NCBI GenBank assembly: GCA_000708835.1
Contig: DF237406.1
Location: 12,000 to 75,999 of the forward strand
Length of the DNA: 64,000 nt
Direction of reading: 5' to 3'
From: Klebsormidium nitens
Taxonomy: Eukaryota; Plantae; Klebsormidiophyceae
Shown here: piece by piece, positions 61,389 to 64,000 of the stretch
Layout: every line of letters begins with the position of its first letter
Numbering within the stretch: position 1 is the first letter of the stretch
Position numbers and translations under genes: made by a program
The notes under the pieces: generated by a model
What the model was told of the DNA's origin: nothing
The model's database searches: none
The model's input: the letters and a program-made list of their open reading frames with translations, nothing else

Positions 61389-63291
61389 GGCCGTCCGAAT
61401 TTAATTCCCGGTTTCCTGTCCGCGACCGACCCAAATTTTGGATTTTTTTTGAAAAACGTGATATAATATTCCAATTTTTGTTCCCCAAAAACCGGTTTTG
61501 GTGCAGGAAAGCAAGGCACAAGGGCAAAACTTGTCTGGAAATGCCGTTGAGAATTTCATAAAAGCTGCCTATTCTCGGTATGTTTGTAGTGAAGGCCTCC
61601 ATTTGCAAGGACTGCGAAANNNNNNNNNNNNNNNNNNNNNNNNNNNNNNNNNNNNNNNNNNNNNNNNNNNNNNNNNNNNNNNNNNNNNNNNNNNNNNNNN
61701 NNNNNNNNNNNNNNNNNNNNNNNNNNNNNNNNNNNNNNNNNNNNNNNNNNNNNNNNNNNNNNNNNNNNNNNNNNNNNNNNNNNNNNNNNNNNNNNNNNNN
61801 NNNNNNNNNNNNNNNNNNNNNNNNNNNNNNNNNNNNNNNNNNNNNNNNNNNNNNNNNNNNNNNNNNNNNNNNNNNNNNNNNNNNNNNNNNNNNNNNNNNN
61901 NNNNNNNNNNNNNNNNNNNNNNNNNNNNNNNNNNNNNNNNNNNNNNNNNNNNNNNNNNNNNNNNNNNNNNNNNNNNNNNNNNNNNNNNNNNNNNNNNNNN
62001 NNNNNNNNNNNNNNNNNNNNNNNNNNNNNNNNNNNNNNNNNNNNNNNNTTATGGTCAACGAATTTGGGAATGAGAGTCAAGCATGGATGATCGTAGATGT
62101 TAATATACATACAATTGTGCATGGCACACATGATCATAAACAATGACGTTAACAAGCCGTGACAAGTTTCAATATTGTCGAACTATCCAAACAATCGCGA
62201 ATGATGCCGAAGTAGATGAAACTGCATACGGCACATAAGTTTGATTTCGAACTTAAACTAGATTCAAGTAAATTGAAATTGGCATCTACGCGACATGTGC
62301 CAAATCGATAAACAAAATATGTATATATGTAATGTGGATTCATTGACACTTTCCAATATGCATGTTGCGATCATGCATAGTAATAAGTTGGGCAAACATG
62401 GTGGACGATACGGCATGTTGCAATTGTGCATATAAATATGTATACGAAGTTAGTCGTGACGGTAAGCGAGGCATACGATACATCGTAGTACTCCACTTTG
62501 TCACGTAGATGTTCTTTTTTACAAGATAGCAACTTGAAATCCTTTCGAAGTCAACCATGCAACCAATCCCAATTCGAAACTATAGTCATTTATAGCGCTG
62601 AAATTTCCATAGGGTTTCAGTCGGAATAGGACTGAATTGCCGGGAGGTAAGTTCCGGCAACGGCAATTCGGTCGCTTGGAGAAGACGGAATTGCCGTCCA
62701 ATCCTCCCCTAATGTGCTATTTCGGTCGTGACGCCGCGACCGATCTTTGTCCGGTCGGTAGATTTGACGGGACATTCGGTCCCAAGGGGGCGGATTTGCC
62801 CATCCAGGGACTCCCCGGACTCGGTAATTTGCGACCGTATACTGTACTATACAGGAGATTCGGTCTTGATGCAACCGATCCTTGTGCACCTTTCAGACAA
62901 CCGGTCGTGCACGGCTCCAGGAGTTCTCCAGGCACCGGGCACGCACAGGTCAGACAATTCGGTCGGTGTAGATGGACCTTTTTGCATGGCCGGCAGACTC
63001 CCGGGGGCTCCGGAGTCCGAGCTCGGAGCTGTACGGCAAGTTACGACTCGTACTATAGGTAGTCCAGATACGGTAGCAGTAGGTACCAGGCAGTAGGTAC
63101 CTTTCGAGTACCTATGAAGTCACTTGGTACGTACCTAGGTACCCGACTAGAATGCGGTAATGGTACTTTAGCCAGATATAACCATTATAACCATTGACGC
63201 GGCTCGGGGCAATATTTATCAGATACTCCCGACCGACCGACCCACCCCCGAAGGGGGTGGACAGGAAACCGGAAATTAAATTCGGACGGCC
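61389..63291. mobile_element. Non-autonomous TIR DNA transposon (Zator- or PIF/Harbinger-like), TTA TSD, spanning an assembly gap
   Basis: 33-bp TIRs, GGCCGTCCGAATTTAATTCCCGGTTTCCTGTCC (61389-61421) and GGACAGGAAACCGGAAATTAAATTCGGACGGCC (63259-63291), with 1 mismatch. TTA flanks both sides (61386-88, 63292-94). Internal ttcggtc repeats; no transposase in the sequenced part. Confidence 0.85.
61620..62048. other. Assembly gap (run of N)
   Basis: Run of N characters. Confidence 1.
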
Positions 63292-64000
63292 TTATCCAGT
63301 TTACTTGAAAACTGAGTCTGTCGCCAATCAACCCGACGCAGGCGCAGGCTCAGTCACGCGACCATGACGGCACCGTCTTCTCAAATCAAAACCCTGACCC
63401 CCGCAGTCGGTCAAGCGCGCCCGCCGCGCGCCGGAGAAGGAACTTATGATCGCGCGGACGTACCGCCCCGGCCGGATCGCGCGGGCCTGCTCATTTGCTG
63501 CAGCCACTTGTAGCGGTAAGGTGGAGCAGATCTTCTTCAAGATCTTCTATAAGTGAAGCTGCGCATGCATATCCACACAGGGCGCTTTGCGCAACCTTGC
63601 TTCCGTTAGACAGTTAGAGGACCTTCTTGTGATCAATTTGCATACATATGTGACGGTCTACAAAAGCTCAACTCCAATCAGCTCAGCAACTTTCAGTGGC
63701 TAAGGGGTGACCGGGTCTTTTGAAGCTACAGAATTATATAAAGTACTAGAGTATCCAATTTTGCGTGGTCGCATCAAACTCATCAGTGGGCAATGCTTTG
63801 AAGCAGTGCACTCGTTATATTACTCTGCGAAGAACTTGGTGGCGAGCGCGGGAAAGGGTCTTTCAGTGACAGAATGTAACGATTACGACTGGTTAAGCCT
63901 AACCTCGTTCTCGACAGGATTTCGTTGACCGCGAGTTAGCGAAACGGCGGTGGTTACGTCTTAACGACGCACTGCGTAGCTGTCTGCAAGACGGCATAAT

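Noticed and set aside
61381-62155. Long ORFs of 188-225 aa
   Set aside because: Artefacts of translating the N gap.
1-64000. CRISPR arrays, rRNA, tRNA, telomeric arrays or prokaryotic defence operons
   Set aside because: None seen; the window is spliced eukaryotic DNA.

Overview
Intron-rich eukaryotic DNA from a green-lineage, flagellate-capable organism. A streptophyte alga such as Klebsormidium is my inference from GC-rich exons, GT-AG introns and gene content; it was not confirmed by a search. Nine spliced protein-coding loci were reconstructed by hand with splice-phase checks. In order: a partial TFIIIC WD40 subunit (GTF3C2-like, -), a YtxH/At1g42960-like plastid envelope protein (+), a ~1497-aa SAP-like/2x homeodomain/Tudor-like/PWWP chromatin protein (+), CFAP58 (-), galactinol synthase-like GT8 (+), a small ABM-type barrel protein (+), PAN3 (-), organellar methionyl-tRNA formyltransferase (+), and a KLC-type TPR protein with a hydrophobic C-tail (-). 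Non-coding content: a TIR element with a TTA target duplication (Zator or PIF/Harbinger-like) spanning an N gap, a MITE-like inverted repeat, an LTR-like remnant with several perfect hairpins, and two decayed copies of one unidentified repeat. The most unusual signal is repeated 'echo' copies of exon edges (splice site plus ~40-110 nt of coding sequence) in the adjacent introns of at least three genes; two CFAP58 copies remain in frame. No tRNA, rRNA or CRISPR array was seen.
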